The notes below the pieces were generated by a model. It worked only from the letters and a program-made list of their open reading frames with translations, searched no databases and was not told where the DNA came from. A stretch of 64,000 nt of DNA. Origin: Treponemataceae bacterium. Its GTDB lineage: Bacteria > Spirochaetota > Spirochaetia > Treponematales > Treponemataceae. The position numbers were made by a program, and so were the translations under genes. Below are positions 17,932 through 25,753 of the stretch, in pieces. Location: positions 26,437 to 90,436 of the forward strand of contig JAZLJW010000047.1 of assembly GCA_045597345.1 (NCBI GenBank), given 5' to 3'. Within the stretch, counting starts at the first letter, position 1, and each line of letters begins with the position of its first letter.

Positions 17932-18795
17932 TTACAGCTTCTGATTGCGGACAACCTTGATGGTGGCGCAGAAGTCTTCTTTTCCGTAGCCGGCATCCAT
18001 GGCAGCCTGATAAACACGCAGTGCGTTTGCTTCGCCGGGCATGCTTACACCGCATTCCTTGGCCAGGTTCATGCAGATGTTTACGTCTTTGTACTCGTTT
18101 TCAACACTGAAAGCGGTGGTGTAGTCTTCGTTGGCAATGGGGGTTTTCTTTCCGTCAAGATAGAAGTTCTGACCGCCACCGTAGCTGATAGCCTGAGCGT
18201 AGGTAAGAATATCAATGCCGTTGGCTGCAGCCAGGGTAGCGGTTTCGTTTACGCCGTTCTGAATCTGGGAAACAAGGGCGTTGTGGCAGATTTTCATGAC
18301 AAGACCCTTGCCGTTTTCTCCCATGCGGATAACGTTTTCGCCCATGTAGAGCAGAATGGGTTTCATGGCTTCGTATACGGCTTCGTCACCGCCAACATAA
18401 ATGCCCAGTTTTCCGGCAATGGCAGCTGGTTTTGATTTTACAACGGGAGCATCGATGAACTGAGCGCCGGTAGCTTTTACCATTTTGCTGATTTCTACGG
18501 ACACGCTGGGGTCGATGGTTGACATGTCGATGCAGGTTTTTCCGGCTTTCAGAACAGGGAGTACTTCGGTGTATACGGCGCGGCTGTGTTCTGATTTCGG
18601 TACCATGCTGATGATGACGTCAGCGTTTTCTGCAACTTCTTTTGAACTGGAGCAGGCTACGGCACCAATGGCGGCCAGCTGTTCAACCTTAGCGGTAACA
18701 AAGTCAAAAACGTACACTTTGTCATCGTGTTTCTTTACAATATTTTCGCACATGGACTCGCCCATAATTCCGAGCCCGATAAATCCAATTTTCAT
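17932..18795 (-). CDS. NAD(P)-dependent beta-hydroxyacid dehydrogenase (3-hydroxyisobutyrate / tartronate-semialdehyde / sulfolactaldehyde reductase family)
   Basis: 'MKIGFIGLGIMGESM' Rossmann motif, 287 aa. 'DAPV' and 'GGDE' blocks are typical of the family. Confidence 0.8.
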   Translation of the reverse strand: MKIGFIGLGIMGESMCENIVKKHDDKVYVFDFVTAKVEQLAAIGAVACSSSKEVAENADVIISMVPKSEHSRAVYTEVLPVLKAGKTCIDMSTIDPSVSVEISKMVKATGAQFIDAPVVKSKPAAIAGKLGIYVGGDEAVYEAMKPILLYMGENVIRMGENGKGLVMKICHNALVSQIQNGVNETATLAAANGIDILTYAQAISYGGGQNFYLDGKKTPIANEDYTTAFSVENEYKDVNICMNLAKECGVSMPGEANALRVYQAAMDAGYGKEDFCATIKVVRNQKL

Positions 18796-18815
18796 ATTTC
18801 TCCCCTAATAAAATC

Positions 18816-19037
18816 GTCATGTTGAACTAATAAACTTGTCATGCTGAACTTGATTCAGCATCTGGATTCCGAAACGAGTTCGGAATGACGCCCGAAAGTC
18901 CAGAATGACAATTTGTGTCAGATAATTGTTCTGTCCCACTTCTGCCGCCACGGATGGCGGCACAAAGCCCGTAGTTTTGCAAAGCAAAACTACAAACAAT
19001 TATCTGACAGGATGTCAGATAATTGTTCTGTCCCACG
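18816..19037. repeat. composite structured spacer: family-A unit plus hairpin, ATTCCGAA hairpin, family-C-like module, and a 24-nt direct repeat of the tal 3' end with an internal inverted copy
   Basis: TGTCAGATAATTGTTCTGTCCCAC occurs at 18916-18939 and 19013-19036; the second copy includes the tal stop codon. AACAATTATCTGAC at 18995-19008 is complementary to both. Confidence 0.75.
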
Positions 19038-19692
19038 CATCCTGGAATTTTGCCATACCGTAATCAGTGAAGGCATGGTACATGCTGTCTTTGTATACCT
19101 GCAGTCCTGCAGTTACGATATCAGCGCCGGCAACGGCACAGTCTACAATCTGTTTTCCGTTACGAACTGCGGCACAGATAATCTCGGTGGTGTAGCCGTA
19201 GTTGGCGTAGATGGTAGTAATGTCCTGAATGTACTGAACGCAGTCTTCGCCGCTGTTTTCTTTCCAGCCGATGAATGGAGAAACAAACAGTGAGCCGTTT
19301 TTAGCAGGCAGAATGGCCTGACTTGGGCTGAATACCAGCGTAACGTTGGTGCGGATGCCGGCTTTTTCCAGCTGGCGTGCTGCTGCAATACCTGCTTCTG
19401 TGCACGGAATTTTGATGACAAAGTTGGGGCACAGGGCTGCAATTTCTTTACCCATGGCAACCATGTCTTCGGTTTTGTCCAGATGTGGGTTGATTTCTAC
19501 AGAGATGGGGAATGTTTCCCAACCTTCAATGTTTTTTTCTTTTACGAAATCAGCCATCTGCTGCAGAACCTCTTTAAAAGGTTTTCCGCTGTTCATAATG
19601 TGGTTTGGGTTGGTGGTAACGCCATCAATGCCAAAGGTTTCGTAGGCTTCACGAATTTCATCGATTTTAGCACTGTCTAAAAAATATTTCAT
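19015..19692 (-). CDS. transaldolase-family protein, TalC / fructose-6-phosphate aldolase subgroup
   Basis: 'MKYFLDSAKIDEIREA...GVTTNP' and the Schiff-base-lysine context 'FVIKIPCT'. About 225 aa. SD AAGGAG. Confidence 0.8.
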   Translation of the reverse strand: MKYFLDSAKIDEIREAYETFGIDGVTTNPNHIMNSGKPFKEVLQQMADFVKEKNIEGWETFPISVEINPHLDKTEDMVAMGKEIAALCPNFVIKIPCTEAGIAAARQLEKAGIRTNVTLVFSPSQAILPAKNGSLFVSPFIGWKENSGEDCVQYIQDITTIYANYGYTTEIICAAVRNGKQIVDCAVAGADIVTAGLQVYKDSMYHAFTDYGMAKFQDAWDRTII

Positions 19693-19737
19693 ATTTCACT
19701 CCTTATCGTGATTATGTAGTTTCATTATTCAGTAATT

Positions 19738-19870
19738 GAAAAAACTACCGGCGTGATGTAAAAATGCAAAACCGCTCGATAACGTCGCTATAGGCGAAGC
19801 CCGGCAAGGAAACTATCGTTCCGGGCTTCGACAATTTTTGCATTTTTATCTCCCACCTATCGCTTTTTCA
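19738..19870 (+). repeat. Family-D nested-palindrome element, copy 1
   Basis: GAAAAAACTACCGGCGT..TAAAAATGCAAAA..CGTCGCTA..GAAGCCCGG-caaggaaactatcgtt-CCGGGCTTC..TTTTGCATTTTTA..CGCTTTTTC. Architecture is shared with 41709-41863 and 62125-62248. Confidence 0.75.
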
Positions 19871-21913
19871 GTCTCTTACTGTTGTTAACAAGTTCATAAG
19901 CCCTGAGATTTGCAAATCTGACTCTTTGCGCACGAATACTGGCGGCTGCCCCATGGGAGCTTCTACGGTGATGTCGCCTCCGTAGTATTCGCGGCCGGTC
20001 CATACATGTATCCATTTGTCATCGGGAAGCCAGCAGCGCCGGGTTGTGGCTCCCTGTATGTACACTGGGGCAACCAGCAGGTCACGTCCCAAAAGATACT
20101 CAAATTTTTCGCTATAGGCCCGCTCTTCGGTATCGTAGTGATAGAACAGAGGACGCATTACCGGTGTTCCGTGTGTTGCAGCCTGCTGTTCAAGATTCTG
20201 CAGATAGGGCGTCAGGTTACGGTACCATCCGGCACAGCGGGCAAACTGGGCAAGCAGTTCCGGTGTGTCACTGAACTGTACGTCGCGTCCTGGCTGGTTA
20301 CCTTCGTGGCTTCGGAACAGGGGGCTGAAGGCACACATCTCTGCCCAGCGCATCAGAAGTTCCGTACTGCGGGTCATATGCATTACGGTAGTATAACCGC
20401 CAACGTCACTGTGTGCCATGGGGTATCCACTCATGGCAAGACTGAGCGTTGCCGGAATAACGGATGCAAGACCGTCATCAACTGACCAGTCAACATGCTG
20501 GTCACCGGTCCACATTAAAGTACTGGTGCTGATGGTACCGGTGTGGCCTGCCCGGGTAAAGAAGAACACTTCTCCCAGTTTTCCGCATTCTTCTATGGCT
20601 TCACGGTTCATGCGGGCCCAAATGGCAGGCCACTGATTATGCAGTTCTGCCGCATCCTGACCACTGTACAGAACAGCGTCTACCGGCAAATACTCACCAA
20701 AATCGGCCATCCAGCCACCCATACCAATGCCAATCAGGTTTTTCTTGATGATTTCTTTATACCAGGCATAGGCTTCGGGGTTGGTAAAGTCAATCATGGC
20801 AGCGGGGAAGGTGGTAATGGTAACAAGATAATCTTTGCCCTCTGCATTCTTTACGCAGTAGCCTTTTTCGGCTGCTTCCTTATAAATGTTTTTTTCAAGG
20901 GCAATAAATGGATTGATGTATCCTAAAAAACGGACACCGTCAGCTTTCCACTTCTCAATATGCGCCGGCAGGTCTGCATACTGTTCCTGACTGTATTCCC
21001 AGTTCCACATAACCTGGTAGCCGAACTTTGTACAGCGGCAGCCACACCAGTCCTGACACCATACACCGGTTACCGGGATGCCGGCATCACGGGCTGCAGC
21101 AATTTTCCGGTCCACGTTGCCGCAGCCGTCGTTTTTCTGGCTGGTGACGCCTTTTTCAAAACTCCAGTCCTGCATGGCAAGAATGGCACCATCGTGTACC
21201 CATGAGGGCAATACTGGCGGTCGGCCAAGAACAGCAGAAAGATGCTCTGAAAGTTCAGTAAAGGAATTTGATCGTATCAGCTGCAGTTCCGGCGACTCCT
21301 GAAATTCCAGGGTTATGTGGTCGTCGGCTGTAAAGTCAAAAACGCTGTAGGTGTTTACATTGCAGTGAACGGCATATTTCCGGCTTGAAACAAAGGTTGG
21401 CTGTGCATAATACGACTCGTACCGGTCAAAGGGCAGTGTTTTGAACGGCCGCTTTCCCCTGAGTTTTTCTTTAATCAGCTTTTTTCCGATACGGCCGGCA
21501 TTCTGATGCTCGGCAACCCAGATACGAACTTTCTGTCCGCGTAAATCCAGTTCGCTGTATGTTTCACCACAGCCGTAAAAGTGTTCATCTTTTTTACAGG
21601 GTATTGAAATCCACCAGCGGTTAACGACACTGCCATCGCTCAGTACCGGATTATCTTCCACGCAGGAAAGGCTGAATCCGTCATCATGTATGGTAAGAAG
21701 AAAGCTGAGTGAATATGAACGGTCAGCATCGCAGTAAGTAAGCAGCCAGCCGTCATCTGTTCTGGTACGGTCGGTCTGCTTTAATGTTTTTTTCCAGAAA
21801 ACTTTGGTGTTATAGGTAAAACTACCGCGGCTCATGGAAAAACTGTTTTTTCCGCCACCAATAGCCACATCCAGCTGTACCAGATGATCCAGCTGATTCT
21901 GATTTTCTGACAT
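19868..21913 (-). CDS. GH31 alpha-glycosidase of the YihQ (sulfoquinovosidase-like) subfamily
   Basis: 'GGWMADFGEYLP' (nucleophile Asp), 'WTGDQHVDWS' (acid/base), 'HSDVGGYTT', 'TNPEAYAWYKEIIKKN' and 'CQDWCG..VMWNW' parallel E. coli YihQ as I recall it. Start at 'MSENQ' (SD GGGGAG) rather than the track start 21970. Confidence 0.8.
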   Translation of the reverse strand: MSENQNQLDHLVQLDVAIGGGKNSFSMSRGSFTYNTKVFWKKTLKQTDRTRTDDGWLLTYCDADRSYSLSFLLTIHDDGFSLSCVEDNPVLSDGSVVNRWWISIPCKKDEHFYGCGETYSELDLRGQKVRIWVAEHQNAGRIGKKLIKEKLRGKRPFKTLPFDRYESYYAQPTFVSSRKYAVHCNVNTYSVFDFTADDHITLEFQESPELQLIRSNSFTELSEHLSAVLGRPPVLPSWVHDGAILAMQDWSFEKGVTSQKNDGCGNVDRKIAAARDAGIPVTGVWCQDWCGCRCTKFGYQVMWNWEYSQEQYADLPAHIEKWKADGVRFLGYINPFIALEKNIYKEAAEKGYCVKNAEGKDYLVTITTFPAAMIDFTNPEAYAWYKEIIKKNLIGIGMGGWMADFGEYLPVDAVLYSGQDAAELHNQWPAIWARMNREAIEECGKLGEVFFFTRAGHTGTISTSTLMWTGDQHVDWSVDDGLASVIPATLSLAMSGYPMAHSDVGGYTTVMHMTRSTELLMRWAEMCAFSPLFRSHEGNQPGRDVQFSDTPELLAQFARCAGWYRNLTPYLQNLEQQAATHGTPVMRPLFYHYDTEERAYSEKFEYLLGRDLLVAPVYIQGATTRRCWLPDDKWIHVWTGREYYGGDITVEAPMGQPPVFVRKESDLQISGLMNLLTTVRD

Positions 21914-21928
21914 TTTCTCCCCTTTAAA

Positions 21929-21950
21929 GCCACCGTGGCAGCGGCAGCAC
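21929..21950 (-). promoter_or_regulatory. 5'-UTR stem-loop GTGCTGCCGC-tgcc-ACGGTGGC next to the SD of the GH31 gene
   Basis: The reverse complement of 21929-21950 matches the elements at 11837 and 33894. Confidence 0.5.
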
Positions 21951-22133
21951 CTCTTTTGAAATAACAGCACTATCAGTGTAAACCCGAATCGTCTATTATG
22001 CGAATAGTATTACTATCAGGCTATGCCAATCGTCATATTCCTTATTACGGACATCGCCTTTCTTTTTTACGATTTCCTATATCGTACCTACTATATATCT
22101 GCAACAGAAAAGAAGAATTATCAGGGGGAAAAG

Positions 22134-23900
22134 ATGAGAAGAGATTCATTACATGACTACATTGACATTGACGACGATGATACTGGAAATCAGAATGACA
22201 AAGATGTAAACATGAACGATATTTTCAGGGATATCGAACAGTCTGTATATGGTGATGACGTGCAGGAATCCATGATGGATACCCTGGTAATTCTTGCAGG
22301 ACAGCTGTCTTCAAAAGAAGAACAGAATAAGGACGAAGTAAAGAAACGGATTCAGATTGTGCATGATTACCTGGGCTATGGAACAGATTTTCAGATTATG
22401 CTCTTTACGCTGATATACAGTTGCTATCTGGAAAACGACTCGTCCATGTCCCTTAGAGAACTGGCCAAAGCGCTTCATATAGAATCCTATGAGCTGCAGC
22501 GTCATAAAAAGGCCTTTGATGATATGATCGAAAACAACATCCTCATGTATGCAGAACGTCGTGGCAGGCTTATCACCACTGATTTCGTCATTCCTGATTA
22601 TATTACCAATGCAATTCAGGATGAACGTCCTATTGATAAGCGCGAAGCACTGGCACGCAAAAGTATGAGTCGGTTTGTCGGTCAGATGTATAAGATGATG
22701 GATGACCAGGGGCCTTCTGCCATTCAGGCAGCTGTACGGATGGGTGAAAGAATGTGGAGAGACTGCGAAGGAGTACGCCGTCTGGTTGAAATGATTGAAG
22801 ATACCCGTCTTCGTGCCTGTTTGTATATCGTTATGCATTATCGGATGTTCAGAAATGAATCTGCCAGCATTGCAAAAATCATCAACGATCTGTATTCCAT
22901 TCCAAAAGAAAAAAATGAAGTTCGCAAGGAATTCATGAACGGTACCAACGAGCTGATTGAGAAAGGTCTTGTTGAAATGGAAGAAGCACCGGTTTTTGAA
23001 AACGCAGGAATCTATCTTACAGACGAAGCTCTTACAACCTTTCTTGGGGAAGAAGCTGAATCATTTCTGCTGAAAGGCGCCAATCCTGACCTGATTCAGT
23101 CTGCAGACATCGTGGAAAAACAGCTGTTCTACTCTGATGAAATGAACAAGCAGCTTGATACGCTTTATGGCATTATGGATAAGGAAAACTTTACCGCCAT
23201 GCAGCGCCGTCTTGATTCCAAAGGTATGAAAAAGGGCGTTGCCGTGCTGCTGTACGGGGCCCCCGGTACCGGTAAAACGGAATCGGTACTGCAGATTGCA
23301 AGGCAGACGAGTCGTGCCGTGCATCACGTTGATATCAGTGAAGCAAAAACATGCTTCTTTGGTGAAAGCCAGAAACGGGTAAAAAAAATCTTTACCAGCT
23401 ACAAAAAAGAATGCAAGGCTGCCGCAAAGAACAATGAACCACTGCCTATCCTGCTCTTGAATGAAGCCGATGCCCTTATTTCAAAACGCAAGGATAGTAA
23501 TTCGGGAAATGTTGCTCAGGAGGAAAATGCCATCCAGAATATTCTTCTGGAAGAAATTGAGAATCTGGAAGGAATTCTGATTGCTACTACCAACCTGCCG
23601 GATAACATGGATGCTGCATTTGAACGTCGTTTCCTGTTCAAGGTTAAGTATGAAAAACCGGATCTGGAAAGCCGCAAACAGATCTGGCGCAGTAAAATCA
23701 GCTGTCTTTCAGATGACGACATTGAAACGCTGGCTAAACGTTATGAATTCAGCGGTGGCGAAATTGACAATATCGTGCGGAAAATCGACATTGACGAAAT
23801 TCTTACCGGCAAAGAACCGGATATGGCGGCTGTAATCGAAATGTGCAACCACGAAAAGTTCAACAATGAAGAAATTCGTCACATCGGGTTCGGTGAGTAA
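22134..23900 (+). CDS. classical-clade AAA+ ATPase with a ~390-aa N-terminal region of unknown function (two wHTH-like modules)
   Basis: 'LLYGAPGTGKTE' Walker A, 'ILLLNEADAL' Walker B, 'TTNLPDNMDAAFERRF' sensor-1/Arg-finger region. Start at the ATG at 22134 (SD AGGGGGA). Confidence 0.8.
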   Translation: MRRDSLHDYIDIDDDDTGNQNDKDVNMNDIFRDIEQSVYGDDVQESMMDTLVILAGQLSSKEEQNKDEVKKRIQIVHDYLGYGTDFQIMLFTLIYSCYLENDSSMSLRELAKALHIESYELQRHKKAFDDMIENNILMYAERRGRLITTDFVIPDYITNAIQDERPIDKREALARKSMSRFVGQMYKMMDDQGPSAIQAAVRMGERMWRDCEGVRRLVEMIEDTRLRACLYIVMHYRMFRNESASIAKIINDLYSIPKEKNEVRKEFMNGTNELIEKGLVEMEEAPVFENAGIYLTDEALTTFLGEEAESFLLKGANPDLIQSADIVEKQLFYSDEMNKQLDTLYGIMDKENFTAMQRRLDSKGMKKGVAVLLYGAPGTGKTESVLQIARQTSRAVHHVDISEAKTCFFGESQKRVKKIFTSYKKECKAAAKNNEPLPILLLNEADALISKRKDSNSGNVAQEENAIQNILLEEIENLEGILIATTNLPDNMDAAFERRFLFKVKYEKPDLESRKQIWRSKISCLSDDDIETLAKRYEFSGGEIDNIVRKIDIDEILTGKEPDMAAVIEMCNHEKFNNEEIRHIGFGE

Positions 23901-23908
23901 TTACCGGC

Positions 23909-24151
23909 TTACAGGTAATCCAGCAGGTCCTTGCAGGTAACGGCGCTGCTGTGCAGTTGTTCGGCTCCACGGTGAGCGCAATAAATGCAGGAATGCTGGA
24001 TTTTGCCTTTTTCATTGGTAAAGCCTGCCGGGTAGGGGTAAAAAATGTGCTGCCCTGAAAAAAAGGAACATTCGGGGCAGCTGCAATATTTGCCGTCATC
24101 TGTTTTTATGGTATGGTTAACCGGATTTCCACAAACGGAACAGTAAATCAT
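23909..24151 (-). CDS. small Cys-rich zinc-ribbon protein
   Basis: 80 aa with 'CSVCG', 'CSCPEC' and 'HSCIYCAH'. SD AAGGAG. Lies 31 nt downstream of the sigma/WYL gene on the same strand. Confidence 0.55.
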   Translation of the reverse strand: MIYCSVCGNPVNHTIKTDDGKYCSCPECSFFSGQHIFYPYPAGFTNEKGKIQHSCIYCAHRGAEQLHSSAVTCKDLLDYL

Positions 24152-24182
24152 TTTTTCTCCTTAAAAGTCTCCGTGGCAGCCT

Positions 24183-25628
24183 TTACAGCACCTGTCCGAT
24201 ATGCCGGATCAGTACCTTTATGTAGGCTCCGGCATGAAAATCGTTTTGCAGCCGGAAGTGGGCATCCCGGTGTATTTCAAACGATGTCATGCGGTTCATT
24301 GAATACCATTGTAGCATGTTTTTCTCTTCCGAAAAAATCAGGGCAAGCCAGTCTCCATGGTACAGGAAAATGTAGTGGGGATGGCCGGTAACCGTATAGG
24401 TATTGTTATGGGTATCTGTATATTGGAATGAACAGGGAAAATGACGTCTTGCGCACAGAAAGCAGTCTGAGAACAGCTTGTAGTCGCAGTCTTTGTGCCC
24501 GGCATAGACTAAGGACAAATCCAACTGAATACCTATGGGTTCATCGTCTTGTATCAGGTCTTCTCCCAGGTTTGCACGGCCTTTCATTTCAATAAGAAGC
24601 GTAGAAAGAACTGTTTCAAAACTGTGTTTTACCGGCCCCTGAGGCAGCCCCCGCACAATATACTGCATGATGGAAACTGCCAGAAGGTCATCGGTGGTAA
24701 GCCCCAGAACATCCTCCTTATTCATCAGTTCGTATCCACGGTGTCTCCCCCGCAGTTCAAATACACAGCCTTTTATTTCCCTCAGGCGTTTTATTGACCG
24801 GCTTACTGTATCGCGGCAGTTAAACATGCCCGAAAGATCCCGGATAATGTCATCAGAATTGGGGTATTTCAGCTGCCCGTCACACCGCCCGTTGCTTTCT
24901 GCAATGTACCGTAGCAGCGCCATATCGTTTTCGCCGATAACATCGCCGGTTTTGTTGAACTTTGCCAGCTTTTTGTAATCCGGATGATTTACCAGAATCC
25001 GGTTTATTTCATTCAGGTCTTTCTTTACCTCATTAATTCTGTGTTTCTGACTGCCAGTCTTTTCATATTTGTCTGCCAGCTGGGGATACGTTAAGGGGCT
25101 TGCTCCTGCCACATTCTGTATTCCCAGCCGGTCAAAGAGCATGTCTATTCTGTCATCGTGTTCAGAATCAGGCAGATATTTCTGCAGGTACAGCCGCAAT
25201 TGTTTTCTGAGTTCTACCTCTTTTGATTCTTCTTCCAGAGCTTCACTTTCGCTTCGGTAGACGCGGGTATCTTCAACATGGTAGATACCGGCTTCAAAAT
25301 CTTTGTCTTCCTGTTCCTTTGCTTCCTTATCCGCATAGAACCTGGCTTCCCGCTTTTTTATGGCAGGAAGATCATTGATTCCCTTTAAGAATGCACCGCG
25401 GATAGGCTTCCACAAATAGGCCTCAATGGAATTGTTTTTTGATGAATCATATTTTTCAATCAGTTCAATCGCCACGTCATAGGCATAAAAAGCCTTCATG
25501 TCGTCCCATTCCCATTGGGTAATGTGACCAACCTGCAGTGTCGGATCTTTCTTGATATCAGAAATAACACGGTCAAAAAAATCAGATTTCGGATTTAAAA
25601 CATCCCATTTATCAGTGACTTCGCTCAT
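24183..25628 (-). CDS. fusion protein: sigma-70 region2/region4-like N-half plus wHTH plus WYL-like C-terminal domain
   Basis: 'DMKAFYAYDVAIELIEKYDSSKNNSIEAYLWKPIRGAFLKGIND' (region-2-like). 'LTYPQLADKYEKTGSQKHRINEVKKDLNEI' (region-4-like HTH). 'VSRSIKRLREIKG' (wHTH). 'HGDWLALIFSEEKNMLQWYSMNRMTSFEI' (WYL-like). Confidence 0.6.
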   Translation of the reverse strand: MSEVTDKWDVLNPKSDFFDRVISDIKKDPTLQVGHITQWEWDDMKAFYAYDVAIELIEKYDSSKNNSIEAYLWKPIRGAFLKGINDLPAIKKREARFYADKEAKEQEDKDFEAGIYHVEDTRVYRSESEALEEESKEVELRKQLRLYLQKYLPDSEHDDRIDMLFDRLGIQNVAGASPLTYPQLADKYEKTGSQKHRINEVKKDLNEINRILVNHPDYKKLAKFNKTGDVIGENDMALLRYIAESNGRCDGQLKYPNSDDIIRDLSGMFNCRDTVSRSIKRLREIKGCVFELRGRHRGYELMNKEDVLGLTTDDLLAVSIMQYIVRGLPQGPVKHSFETVLSTLLIEMKGRANLGEDLIQDDEPIGIQLDLSLVYAGHKDCDYKLFSDCFLCARRHFPCSFQYTDTHNNTYTVTGHPHYIFLYHGDWLALIFSEEKNMLQWYSMNRMTSFEIHRDAHFRLQNDFHAGAYIKVLIRHIGQVL

Positions 25629-25753
25629 ACATCACATTTTAGCACATTTTTTTTCATTTTTTATATTTATGTACGGCTTTTTCATACATAAATCGGATTT
25701 ATAAGGATGTACGGCAATAAAGCCTGAATCCAACGAACGCAAGGGGTAATCGT

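Noticed and set aside
16174-18435. Plus-strand ORFs of 91-195 aa (for example 16736..17137, 17313..17726, 17848..18435)
   Set aside because: They are entirely antisense to well-supported minus-strand enzyme genes, have no SD and show no motifs. They are typical shadow ORFs.
21914-22133. N-terminal extensions of the GH31 ORF (to 21970) and the AAA+ ORF (from 22023)
   Set aside because: The extensions run through the conserved UTR hairpin and promoter-like AT-rich DNA. Downstream ATGs with good SDs are preferred.
24153-24186. A fourth full copy of the GTGCTGCCGC UTR hairpin upstream of the Zn-ribbon gene
   Set aside because: Only the GGTGCTG..GCTGCCACGG..CTTTTAAGGAG flanks match. Part of the similarity is the stop-codon region of the upstream gene, and the 8-bp stem is not preserved.
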